A DNA stretch of 64,000 bases from Catajapyx aquilonaris (Eukaryota): the NCBI GenBank assembly GCA_000934665.2, contig JYFJ02001206.1, positions 1-64,000 of the forward strand, written 5' to 3'. Positions 24,928 to 36,958 of the stretch are shown here, one piece after another (within the stretch, counting starts at the first letter, position 1; each line of letters begins with the position of its first letter). The position numbers were made by a program, and so were the translations under genes. Under the pieces are notes generated by a model. That model saw only the letters and a program-made list of their open reading frames with translations. It did not search any database and was not told the DNA's origin.

Positions 24928-25043
24928 TATAAAGACAAACAATATGTAAAATTTTGTTTATAAGTTTCAGATCTGAACAACCAATACAATGGTTATTTTT
25001 ACATTGTTGTAGTTTGTTGTCCATTGTCGTTTCACTAGACGCA

Positions 25044-27142
25044 TCACAAGGTGGTGAGCTCCCCATTTCCAGCAGGTCGGTAATACACAGACGGTTCTTC
25101 GTCTGGTGATGGCGACATGTTGACGGTGATGGGAACGTCGACAAACACAAACTTCTGAGCATTGTCGTAGTCTTTCGCCATCGCCTTGTTTCCGACTCCA
25201 GTGTGATAACCGAACGAACTTCTAGGCGAGATGTCCTCCTCCTCGTTCTCGACCAATGGCTGGAAGCTGGTGACGTGGCTGGTACGAACAGACGAATGTG
25301 CAGGTGGCATTGTCATTCGACGAACATACTTGTCTTCCAAAGCATCCTCCCTGCATTTTCTTACGCAACATGCAATTACCTGCAAGGAATGAACGAATTA
25401 AACCACTGACAAAGAGCAGATTGTTGCTACAATGCAAAGTACTAACCACAACTACAATCACAGCAAATAACAATGCACCACCAGCAATGCTTCCGATTAA
25501 AATCCAGTCATGTTCATGTTCAGCAGCATCTGAAATAATAGATGACAGGTGTAATGTTCAGCCTGAATTACTTTTATAGGTTGCTTACCATGCATGGGCT
25601 GTGCAGTTACGTTGTTGTTAATAGTTGTGCTCTCAATTTTGGGTTCAGATGTGATGAACAGTTCGGTCGTCGACAGTGTTGTAGTGGTTGTTGGAAGTGT
25701 TGTCGTGGGCAGCGTTGTTGTTGTAGGCAGCGTTGTTGTAGTAGGCAACGTTGTTGTTGTGGTGGGCGGAGGGGTAGTGGTCGTAGTGGTTGTAGTAGTA
25801 GGCAACGTTGTTGCTGTTGTGGGCGGAGGGGTAGTGGTCGTAGTGGTTGTAGTAGTAGTTGTAGTAGTCGTAGTTGTAGTTGTAGTTGTAACTAATATCA
25901 AAGGAATTCATCAAACAATGCATCATTTCATATGCTGTAATGCTCACTTATTTCGCAACTAAATCCATCCGCTGTAAGTCGTTGTCCGTTTGGGCATGCG
26001 CAGACGGGGACAGTACCGTTGATTAATTGGCCAGGACGGGGCAGGCACAGATAAGCGCAATTACAGGTGAAGTTTGTGGTGACCTGCCTTTCTTTTGAAA
26101 TGACTCTCAGATGGTTTACAACCTGCAAGTAAATCACATTATGCGTTCTGCTGCAAATGTTTTACACCCTGTACTGCTTACAACAGTTAGGTCCACGACA
26201 GCTTCCACCACTGGATTGTCTTGGCAGAACCGGTAGATCTTGGTGCCAACAGACACAAAGACCAGCCCGTCCACCATGGCCAGTCCCCTGGCGCCAATGA
26301 ACTTTGACCCCTCCGACCCAACGATCTGGTTCTGTGACCCATCCGACCCGGAATAGTACGCGACATGTCCATCCATCCCCACCCAAACCAGCGCTCCTCT
26401 TTGGGTATCGAAGGAGAGGACTGTTGGAGTACGACCCACGCCAAGGTCCACCACCTCCTTGACCTCTGACCCATCCCCAGCTGCCCTCCATATTCCATTT
26501 CCGGAAGACCAGAAGAGCCAGCCGCCAACCGAGTCCACCACAAGGCCATGTGACGATCCTGGTAGACCCTCCAGAAGGGTCACGGTACGTGACCCGTCCA
26601 AACTGGACACTACCAGTGACCTTGACCCCGAGTCCTGATGGATCCAGTACAGAAGGTCATGGCTTTTATCCAGGGCCAGGTCTGCTACCAGTTGGCTGGC
26701 AATTCGTTTCTTCCTGTATGTCGGTGGCCCATACCTGCCGAGACAATAATGTCGTTATCATAACGACCAAAGACAACGACGCTCGTGTGAACCCATACCT
26801 GAATATAGCCTGGTAACGTCCGTCGCTGTACACAACAAACTGCTTCTCGTCATAGTAATCAAAAGTAGTAATGAAACCAGCACTCAGCAACGGACCAACT
26901 TCTTTACCACATCCTGTCACCTGAGTCACCTTCGTCTTTGTCCCAACCAGCAACGACAATTGGGATAACTCACTCTCCGCACACTGACCATCACCGGACA
27001 CTGCCGGACACTCATTGCCTGAAACAGAAGACTGCTACAACCTAATCCCAACAACTACGACAACGACCGTGTGAACCTCACCTTTTGTCCACAAAGCCAC
27101 ATACACAAGCTGTAACAACAGAAGAACGTACAGGTTGGCCAT
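25044..27142 (-). CDS. Type-I receptor P2: signal peptide, YWTD propeller, EGF, poly-Thr mucin, TM, tail; donor of the 5' half of the two chimeric genes
   Basis: Exons 27142-27082, 27018-26799, 26734-26182, 26122-25948, 25891-25589, 25529-25447 and 25379-25044 splice in frame. LALDKSHDLLYW, VDSVGGWLFWS; CNCAYLCLPRP...CACPNG...DGFSC. Confidence 0.88.
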
Positions 27143-27668
27143 GCTGAAAAATCAGAATAATGTACAAAATAAACATGTGACAATGTGGGAAAAAAATGTG
27201 TCGCAATGTACATGGGAGGAATTTTTAGATGAGGAAACTGTGGTCAAGACTCGTTCCTTTCGGCCAGGAAATTCAACGGTTTCCTTCTTGATCCACAATC
27301 AAGAAATAGGTCTATATAAATTGACACAATAAATCAAGATGCTAACTTGTCATTAATCACTGATGAAATTGTATGAAGACAATACTCACAATGCTCCCAA
27401 CAGAAGACCAAAGATGTGACTGATCAGATGATAAAGTGGTAAGGATGTGAATTCATCCTCATCACAAGCTACTCCGGAAAAAATAAGCCGCAATCACATG
27501 TTAATACTGGGCGTTGATTTTTTATATTTAGATCGCCAATCCCGGTTGTGTAATATATCAGTAAAAAATTTAAAGCAATATTATAACTATTTTGTTGAGT
27601 AAAAATAACGATATCCTTCAGATTGATTGTCAATATCATGAAGTCAACAATTTGGTCGATGGCAGGAC

Positions 27669-27730
27669 AAAAACCACAGAGGTTTTGGTTTTGTCAGGTC
27701 TTATGATATTTGTTGTTTTGAAGGAAGCTG
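27669..27730 (+). promoter_or_regulatory. Conserved PPO upstream block with RUNX (AACCACA) and ETS-like (AGGAAG) motifs
   Basis: Alignable with 33007-33068 upstream of the second PPO, while the flanks are not. TATATAAA at 28017-28024. Confidence 0.55.
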
Positions 27731-28093
27731 ATGGTCGGCCTGGATTCTCCAAACCGAGATAACAGCATCCTAAGTACGTCGCAGAAACACTAGAACCACC
27801 CTCAACAATAACTCAGATATATCACACTTGAGTTGTAAATAAAAATTAACATTTTATAACTACAGTATAATTCAGATTTTAACACTTAAGATTGATCCTG
27901 CTTTTGCCACATCCACAACATCCGGTGGTCTGGAACTTCTAAGGTGCGATAACAGATACAATCGCGAACAACCGGAGGTGCTGCCACATCCGCTATCGGT
28001 CCCCCTCAGAACGGCTTATATAAACGCATAAAGGTGAGGGAACTTCACTACTGACAAGCACAGAACCTTGTCTGCCATACCCCTGTATCCACC

Positions 28094-30726
28094 ATGTCTG
28101 ACCTGCAAACCAGAGAGTACACCGTCCTCCATATGCTGGAGAGAGTCTCCGAGCCCCTCTTCTACCCCAAGGGCAACGGGAACGTCGTGTACCATCTACC
28201 ATCCGACTACATCGTAAGGTCGTGACATCCCATGTCCCTCCAATGCCCTGTACTTTTGCTGAATTTCAGGATGACCGATGGCAGAGTACCGCCAACGATG
28301 TGATGACCGACATCGCCAGCACCACACCAGAGCTGGAGTTTCGCATCGAGGCCAGAGCATTTCCAGAGCTGGACGAGATTGTCCAGCAGATTCCTGCTGA
28401 CGTACCCTGGAGTGTGTTCATACCATCGCATCGTCGTGCTGCATACCGTCTGATGGAGATATTCATCAATCAGACGGACTTCGAAGGGTTCAAGTCCTGC
28501 CTGGCATCGTGCAGGGACAGGATCAACCGGACCATGTTCGTCTTCGCACTGGAAGCGGCCGTGATGAGACGTCCTGACCTGAGAGGCCTTCGTCTCCCTG
28601 CCATCTGGGAGGTTCTCCCTGACCGGTTCGTAGACGCAGGGGTTATCGCCAGGGCTGGTCAGGAGGCTGGAGTCCCCGCTTCAAACAGGGTCAGTCACTT
28701 CCATATTGCCTAATAAGACCGTTAATAACCGTTAATAAGAGCACAACCGTTACAAGTCTGTCCACTTTCAGAGGTCCGTACGTCTGGAGCGAGACTTCAC
28801 CGGGACTGACCTTGACCCCGAGCATCGTGTGGCCTACTGGCGTGAGGATTTGGGTATGAATGCCCACCATTGGCACTGGCATTTGGTCTACACCCTGAAT
28901 GCACTGGATAAGGACCGAAAGGGAGAGCTGTTCTACTACATGCACCAACAGCTGGTCTGCAGGTAGAGACTTCAATACACGTATGAGTTGCATTGTACCG
29001 TGACCATTTTGCAGGTATGACAACGAGCGTCTCAGCACCGGGCTGTACCGCATACGGCGTCTGCAGGACTGGAGTCAGCCAATCCAAGAGGCCTACTACC
29101 CGAAGTTGACCAATGAAAACGCAGGGTTCGTCTGGGGGACACGCTCTCGCAACAATATCCTGACTGTAAGTCATGTCATCTATCAGGGTATTGTGACGTT
29201 ACTGATCTCTTGACCTTTCAGGACATTGTTCGCCCTGACTTGGACGTGATTTTTGACATTGACGACATGCGACGGTGGCGCGAACGCATATTCGAGGCCA
29301 TCCACCAGGGATTTGTCACAAGGGTATGTTTCTAAGTATTGTCTTCAACAATGTTACAACACTTTCTATGCAGGAAACTGGCGAAAGAATCCCGCTGAAT
29401 GACGATCGTGGTATCGATGTCCTGGGCGACATCGTCGAGGCTAGTGACCTCAACCCGAATCCGAACGTGTATGGTGACCTGCACAACATGGGACACGTAG
29501 CTCTGGCCTACATCCACGATCCGGATGGTCGCCACAGGGTTCGTATTAAGTGTGTTAAAATTTGGCATCAATTAAAAATGATCATTTTCAGGAGAGAAGC
29601 GGTATGATGGGAGACGTCAGCACAGCCATGCGTGACCCTGTGTTTTTCCGCTGGCACAAGTTCGTCGATGACATTTTCCAGGAGCACAAGGCTACACTAG
29701 CTGCCTACACAGAGAACCAGCTGGGCTTCCCCAACGTGTCCATCCAAAGTGTGACTGTCCAGACCCAAGGTGCCCGAACCACCAACCGTCTGACCACCTT
29801 CTGGCAGGAGAAGAACCTCGATCTGACCCGAGGTCTTGACCTACGTCCTTTCCGACGCGAGGGTGCGGTCAACGTCATCTTCACGCACTTGCAGCACGAT
29901 CCATTCACCTACACAATCACTGTGAGTATTGTCACATTGCCGTACATTCCAACAAAGTCGTAACTGCAATTATGTGGTGCAGGTCAACAACTCAGGGGGT
30001 TCTCCAGTAACCGGAACAGTCCGAATCTTCATGGCTCCACGTCGTGACGAATCCGGTACTCTGTACCGGTCTCTTCGAGAACAACGTGGACTCTTCTTGG
30101 AACTGGACAAGTTCTCCCAGACATGTAAGTGGTGGAATCATATTGACAACGACCATTAAATAAGTGACCTTTGTTCCTCAGTGCAACCTGGAAGCAACAC
30201 CATAACACGTCGTTCGGACGAATCCACTGTGTCCATCCCGTTCGAACAGACTTTTGCTCAGCTGCGAGACGCTGCTCCAATTCCGGAGCAGCCCACTGAC
30301 GCCGGGGGTGAACTTTTGACCCCTGACCAGCAGTACTGCGGATGCGGTTGGCCTCAGCATCTTCTGATCCCTCGAGGAAACGCGACCGGAATGGAGTTTG
30401 ACCTCTTCGTCATGATATCCAACGACCAGGTTCGACCTCAGAATGTGTGGACATAACATGACCCTTGTTGACCTCTTCTCTAATTCCAGTTGAACTTTGG
30501 TACCCGTACGTCTAACCCAGCCTGCCGTTCTTCCCTGAGCTACTGCGGGTTGCGAGACCAGCTGTACCCAGATTCTCGTCCGATGGGTTTCCCCTTCGAC
30601 CGTAACCCTGCACAGAACGACAACATGTCTGTCGCACTGATGCAGCAGCGTTACCCGAACATGCGTGTCATCAATGTGACCATTCAGAACAACAACAACC
30701 GCATCGAGATGGCCAGGGACACATAG
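28094..30726 (+). CDS. PPO: Prophenoloxidase 1 (type-3 copper, haemocyanin superfamily), 10 exons
   Basis: No signal peptide; EPLFYPKG N-terminus; CuA HHWHWH...GELFYYMH; Cu[10 protein letters not shown]...[24 protein letters not shown]...MGFPFDR. Exon 1 is 28094-28213. Confidence 0.92.
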
Positions 30727-32154
30727 TAGACGGATGCTGCAAACATATAATCAACATGTAATCTGCCACATAATTATGTAGTCACAATATTAGCAGAATA
30801 TTATCACCTTTTCCTCTTTACATTTTTTTTGTTTGTTTTCCATGTAATCAACATTACTCCAAATAAAAATAAGGTTACATACCTACATTATCTTCCTTTA
30901 TTGAATATTCCCAGATACAAGGCCTTAGCATTGCAAGTACAACGTGAAAGTTTTCTGCTTGATGTCTATACGCTTTCACACCTGAATATTTTATACATGA
31001 AAGGTCTGATTGGATCTTGGTGATGGTCAACTATACTTCACTACCAGTTCACATGGTGGTCAACTACTTCGCTACCAGCTGGACTGAAAACGCCACGTAC
31101 TCTGAAGATAAACACTAGATATTTTACCAATAATAGCAGTTATATACTTACACGTTCATGCTCGTCACTGTGAATGTGTTTGGATTTTGAAATAATTTTC
31201 CTCGTCTAGAAGGTCTTAAATAAATTTTCAAAAACTCAGAAACTCGAAATTCAAGTACTGTACTACCGGCCAACTGCTTGGCTGATTTAATTATTATGAA
31301 ATGTATTAAAACATACGGATCATCTACGAGTACATTGAGAACCGTGGCAGATGAATTTACTGAAATCTCCGTACTTAGCGAGAAATAAATAAATTTGGGA
31401 GTTTTCCCAAGAGCAAGCAAGCCGCAGATGAGAATTCATTTAATTCTCGTGAAGTACGACGATTTCAGCAAATTAGTCTGGCACTGTTCTCAAGGCAGAT
31501 GTCCCATGTGTTTTAATGTATTTCATAAAGTCCCCCTAACACTTTGAATTTCGAGTTTTTACAGCGATATTTTTGAAAATATATTATTAATTTAGGGACT
31601 TCCAGACAATGAAAATTTATTGTTCAAAAGACCTCCATAGTGTTTTGCATGAACGTGTAAGTGCATCTGTTATTATTTGTAAAATATCTTGTCCTTATAT
31701 CTTCAGAGTACTTGTAAGCCAAAAATCTATAGGCGTTGCAGTGTTCTATTTGGAAATTAATTTCGGGCCTTCAAGACCACGAAAATGGTTCAAAACATGT
31801 CCATAGGGTTTTCCCTGAACGGGTAAGTATAGCTGTTATTATTATTTACAAAATATAATGTCCGTATCATCTGAGTAGGCCTACGTGTAATCGAAAATCT
31901 AGGCGTTTTCGGCCGATCTGATATAGCGAAGTGGTTTAGGACGTTCTGCACTTCACACTACCTGTTCTGTTATTCATAATAAATCATAATTATTTTATAA
32001 TAAATTATTACCTAAGGAAGTAAGAATGTTAAATTATTTTATTTATTTCTCATGGCCTCACGACCCTCCCCAGTTGGGCACTAGTTAGTTGCTGTACCTG
32101 TCAATGTATTTAAAATAAGAGCTGCGTTTGAAATAAAAGCAAGGAGCAAGTTAG

Positions 32155-32173
32155 TTATTTATTATTATTATTA

Positions 32174-32246
<73 letters not shown>

Positions 32247-32307
32247 TATTATTATTTCTATATTATTTTGATACCCCATGTTCACAGGTCACTGACCTGC
32301 TTATGGG
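32155..32307 (-). mobile_element. 3' end of a retroposon (hairpin plus (AAT)n tail), back-to-back with the next SINE
   Basis: Minus strand CCCCATAAGCAGGTCAGTGACCTGTGAACATGGGGTATCAAAAT... runs into a long (AAT)n microsatellite. Confidence 0.45.
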
Positions 32308-32350
32308 GACACATGTTTTTCAAACATTATTTTTATAATAAAGAAGAAAG

Positions 32351-32747
32351 GGGGAGGTGTGGTGGCCGTGATGGTAACGTCACGGCTTGCTGAGTGAAAG
32401 GCCCCAGGTTCGATCCCCGCCTGGGGAACTTTCCTTTCACCTGCGTCGGGAGGGTCTCTGACCTGCACCTTGGAGGTGTCTGGCAACCTAACCTCCTGGG
32501 GAACAGCACATGACCCAAGTTGCAGACAATGCACTTGCACCCCATGTTCCCTCCCCAAAAATCCCTATCCCTACCCTACATCCTAGACTCCTTGCACCGG
32601 TGTATGAGGTTAAACGGAGAGAAAATGGTGGTATCCCACCCCCCTAAAAAGGCGAAGCCTTATCACAGGGTAACGTAAAAAAATAATAATAATAATAATA
32701 ATAACAATAATAATAATAATAATAATAATAACAACAACAACAACAAC

Positions 32748-32792
<45 letters not shown>
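32351..32792 (+). mobile_element. tRNA-derived SINE with (AAT)n tail
   Basis: A-box TGGCCGTGATGG and B-box GGTTCGATCCC, a ~250-bp body, then (AAT/AAC)n at 32682-32792. Confidence 0.8.
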
Positions 32793-32794
<2 letters not shown>

Positions 32795-33006
32795 AGAAAA
32801 ATATAGTAGGAAACAGCAGAAGTAAAAGGGAATATATTACAGTCCTTTTTTAATTATGTAGTATTATTATGCAGTAATAGTTATACATTTTAATACTGCA
32901 TATTCGGTAAACTAATTTCATGCTTCAGCCACAAAGAGAAAGGAAACCACCATATCCTTTATAGGCGAATTGACTTAAAATATTTTATTGGCGTCGGTGG
33001 AGGGCT

Positions 33007-33068
33007 AAAAACCACAGATTGGGGTTTTGGCAGTCAGATCTGACATGATGTTTTTCAAAGGAAGCTGC
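33007..33068 (+). promoter_or_regulatory. Second copy of the PPO upstream RUNX/ETS block
   Basis: AAAAACCACAGA...GGTTTTGG...GTCAG.TCT...ATGAT...AAGGAAGCTG, matching 27669-27730. Confidence 0.55.
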
Positions 33069-33372
33069 GGGAAGGTCCTCAACAACCACTGCGCTGCTGT
33101 ATCTCACATCCTTCTAAGAATTTGTGGCTTTAGCGATTTTCGGTTTCCTTCCGACAAGATTACACCTTTGTCCACAAAAAGTGAAATTTATCTGTAAAAA
33201 AATAATTTGAGTTCCTTAACCTCCTGAAGGTGGAACAGAGGTTATACCTCATGAGCCACGTGCGCAGGATACATCACCGCTAACATCCTCTCTAAATTGT
33301 ATAAGAAGCCAACGAGGTGAGGGCGAGTCATCATATGCCAGTCAGGCCAATCAAGAACTCCGAACTGTCAAG

Positions 33373-36003
33373 ATGTCCGACGATATGCAGACACGAGAGT
33401 ACACTCTCCTCCACATGCTGGAGAGAGTGTCAGAGCCCCTCTTCTACCCAAAGGGCAATGGGAACGTCATCTACCACATGCCTCCAGACTACATCGTAAG
33501 TCCTCCTGAATACCATTGATTCACTGTACTTATGTATTATGTATTTCAGGATGACCGCTGGCAGAGCACCGCCAACGATGTGATGACCGACATTGCCAGC
33601 ACCTCACCCGAGCTGGAGTTTCGCATCGAGGCCAGAGACTTTCCAGAGCTGGACGAGATTGTCCAGCAGATTCCAGTGGACATACCCTGGAGCGTGTTCA
33701 TACCGTCGCATCGCCGTGCTGCATACCGTCTGATGGAGATATTCATCAACCAGACGGACTTCGAAGGGTTCAAGTCCTGCCTGGCATCGTGCAGGGACAG
33801 GATCAACCGGACCATGTTCGTCTTCGCACTGGAAGCGGCCGTGATGAGACGTCCTGACCTGAGAGGCCTTCGTCTCCCTGCCATCTGGGAGGTGCTCCCT
33901 GACCGGTTCGTAGACGCAGGGGTCATCGCCAGGGCTGGTCAGGAGGCTGGAGTCCCCGCTCCAAACAGGGTCAGTCACTTCCATATTGCCTAAGAGCACA
34001 ACCGTTACAAGTGTCCACTTTCAGAGGTCCGTACGTCTGGAGCGAGACTTCACCGGAACTGACCTTGACCCCGAGCATCGTGTTGCATATTGGAATGAGG
34101 ATCTGGGCATGAATGCTCACCATTGGCACTGGCATTTGGTCTACACCCTGAATGCACTGGACAAGGATCGAAAGGGAGAGCTGTTCTTCTACATGCACCA
34201 ACAGATGATTTGCAGGTAATTGCTTCCATCACTAATCAAATGTTTCCGAGTTAAAAATGTCTTTGTAGGTATGACGTGGAGCGTCTTTGCAACGGGCTGC
34301 ACCGCGTGCAGCGTCTTCAAGATTGGGACAAGCCAATAGAACAGGCCTACTATCCGAAGCTGACCAATGAAAACGCAGGGTTCGTCTGGGGAACACGTTC
34401 TCGCAACAGTATCCTCACGAATATTATACGTCCTGATATTGACATAATATTCGACATTGATGACCTGCGTCGTTGGCGTGACCGCATCTTCGAGGCCATC
34501 CACCAAGGATTTGTAACCAGGGTATGTGTTCAAGTCTGCACATGTAACCTCACATTGACGTATGTCGTTACGTAGGCAACCGGTGAACGAATCTCGCTGA
34601 ATGACGACCGCGGCATCGACGTTCTTGGTGACATCGTCGAGGCGAGTGATCTCAACCCGAATCCGAACATGTACGGCGACCTGCACAACCTGTTACATGT
34701 TGCTTTGGGCTACATCCACGATCCTGATGGACGGCACAGGGTGAGTCAACCCATTCGCCTTGATAGAGTGCTGCAACTAATCCACAATTTGACATTGCAG
34801 GAAAGAAGCGGCGTCATTACAGACGTCAGCACAACAATGAGAGACCCCATATTTTACCGTCTACACAAGTTCGTCGACGACATTTTCCAGGAGCACAAGG
34901 CCACGCTAAATGCATACACAGAGAATCAGCTGGGCTTCCCCAATGTGTCCATCCAAAGTGTGACTGTTCAGACCCAAGGATCCAGAACCAGCAACCGTAT
35001 GACCACCTTCTGGCAGGAGAAGAACCTTGACCTGACACGAGGTCTTGACCTGCGTCCTTTCCGTCGCGAGGGTGCGGTCAACGTCATCTTCACGCACTTG
35101 CAGCAAGATCCATTCACCTACACAATCACCGTGAGTATTGCAACACTGCCGTACGCAAAAAAGTTGTAACTACAATATTGTTTGGAACAGGTCACCAACT
35201 CTGGCGGTTCTCCAGTCACTGGAACAGTCCGTATTTACCTTGCCCCACGTCGTGACGAATCCGGAAAAGTGTACCGGTCTTTCCGTGAACAGCGTATTCT
35301 CTACATGGAACTGGACAAGTTCTCTCAAACACGTAAGTCCAACGACATCGACCATAGTGTGAACTCACTAAGTGACCTTTGTTCCTCAGTGCAACCTGGA
35401 AGCAACACCATAACACGTCGTTCGGACGAATCCACTGTGACCATTCCGTTCGAGCAGACCTTTGCTCAGTTGCGAGACGCCGCACCTCCGATACCGCCAC
35501 AGCCCACTGATGCCGGGGGTGAACTCTTGACCCCAGAAGACCAGTACTGCGGATGCGGTTGGCCTCAGCATCTCCTGATACCAAGAGGAAACGCGACCGG
35601 AATGGAGTTTGACCTCTTCGTCATGATATCCAACGACCAGGTATAGCAATTCGCAAATTCGCACCTTTAAAAGTAGCTGTTCCAAAGTAGCTGCTTTTCA
35701 GAAAAGAGCAGGGCCAAAAATCGCCACTCATCCAAACAGACATGCTGACCTCTTCTCTGTTTCCAGTTGAACTTTGGCACCCGTGGGCCAAACCCGAGTT
35801 GCCGTTCCTCCCTGAGCTACTGCGGATTGAGGGACAAGCTGTACCCGGACCCGAGGCCCATGGGTTTCCCCTTTGACCGCAACCCTGCGCCCAACGACAA
35901 CCCGAGTGCCCAGGACCTGCAACAGCGCTATCCGAACATCCGCATATCTACCGTGACCATCCAGCACAACAACAATCGCGTGGAGATGCCAGCCAGGGCT
36001 TAG
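33373..36003 (+). CDS. PPO: Prophenoloxidase 2 (tandem paralog), 9 exons
   Basis: Same architecture as PPO1 with all six Cu-ligand His present (HHWHWH/YMH; HNLLH/YRLH). Lacks the intron PPO1 has at 29166-29221. Confidence 0.92.
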
Positions 36004-36958
36004 ATTGATGCACTGTTGTTAGAAAGGGTTCACGCATGGGCGTTGTTGGTCGTTGGGCTGTTGATGTCCGCAACGACCACTACACCCGCTTGAACTAGCA
36101 ACTTTTGATTTTTTTTTTTTGCTATGCCATACCTAATGTAATGCTTGTTGCTTATGTTTCAATTTAGAGTAGTGTTTGACCTTTCATATGATTTTTATGT
36201 TGATGACCTTGTAGAGCCAATTGACATTGCTTAATTCTCTCATTATTATACCACATATGTAATGTTCTTTGTACTCACAAATTATATTTGTTGTGACAAT
36301 AAATAGTGTGCGACCCATTATTGTCTCTGAGATTTTAATTGGATATCGTATTGTGTGGCTGAGCTTCATGAACCTACGTCATCCCTTTATCCGGATTTTT
36401 TATTTTTTTTTGAAAATAAGTATGCAGAAATTTTCAGATATTTTCAGTTGGTGTTGTAACTGAATAATTGAAAACTCCATGTATTTTGGAAACATGTTTT
36501 TGAAAGAAAAGGTACAACAAATGCAAGTTATCTACGTCATATGCGTCAATATGTACTACCTATACGAGTATAAGTTCTACCGTCAGACACAAATACCTAT
36601 ATGACGCACTTATACTACTCAAATCTGCAGCCAACCTAGATTCTTAGATTTATCTATAGTATAGATACACTCTTCAGGTAGCTTCACTCTATCATGCACT
36701 ACTGACTAGTGAGATCCTGCGCATAGCAAGCGCATAGCATACAGTAGTATTAGCAAGTAGAAGGCACTGGTCCTGGGGACCAGGAAACAAAACAACTGAT
36801 GCATTGAAATGTGGTATGTATTATAATATAATAATTGTGGCGTAATTAGACCTTTACACTGTCCTGCATCACGTGACCTGTTAACTCTATAGATTACAGA
36901 GAAAGACAGGCAGATAAAAGTGCGTTGTCTGTCACAATTACTAATTTGGTGAAAAGAG

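Noticed and set aside
25542..25962. Poly-Val, poly-Cys and poly-Tyr ORFs (also 19887-20156, 46348-46548, 62547-63072)
   Set aside because: Antisense or off-frame shadows of mucin and Tyr-repeat exons.
28094..36003. Haemocyanin or hexamerin rather than PPO
   Set aside because: All Cu ligands are present (not hexamerin). The EPLFYPKG N-terminus, GCGWPQH and lack of a signal peptide favour PPO. A phylogeny is still needed to exclude a chelicerate-type haemocyanin fully.
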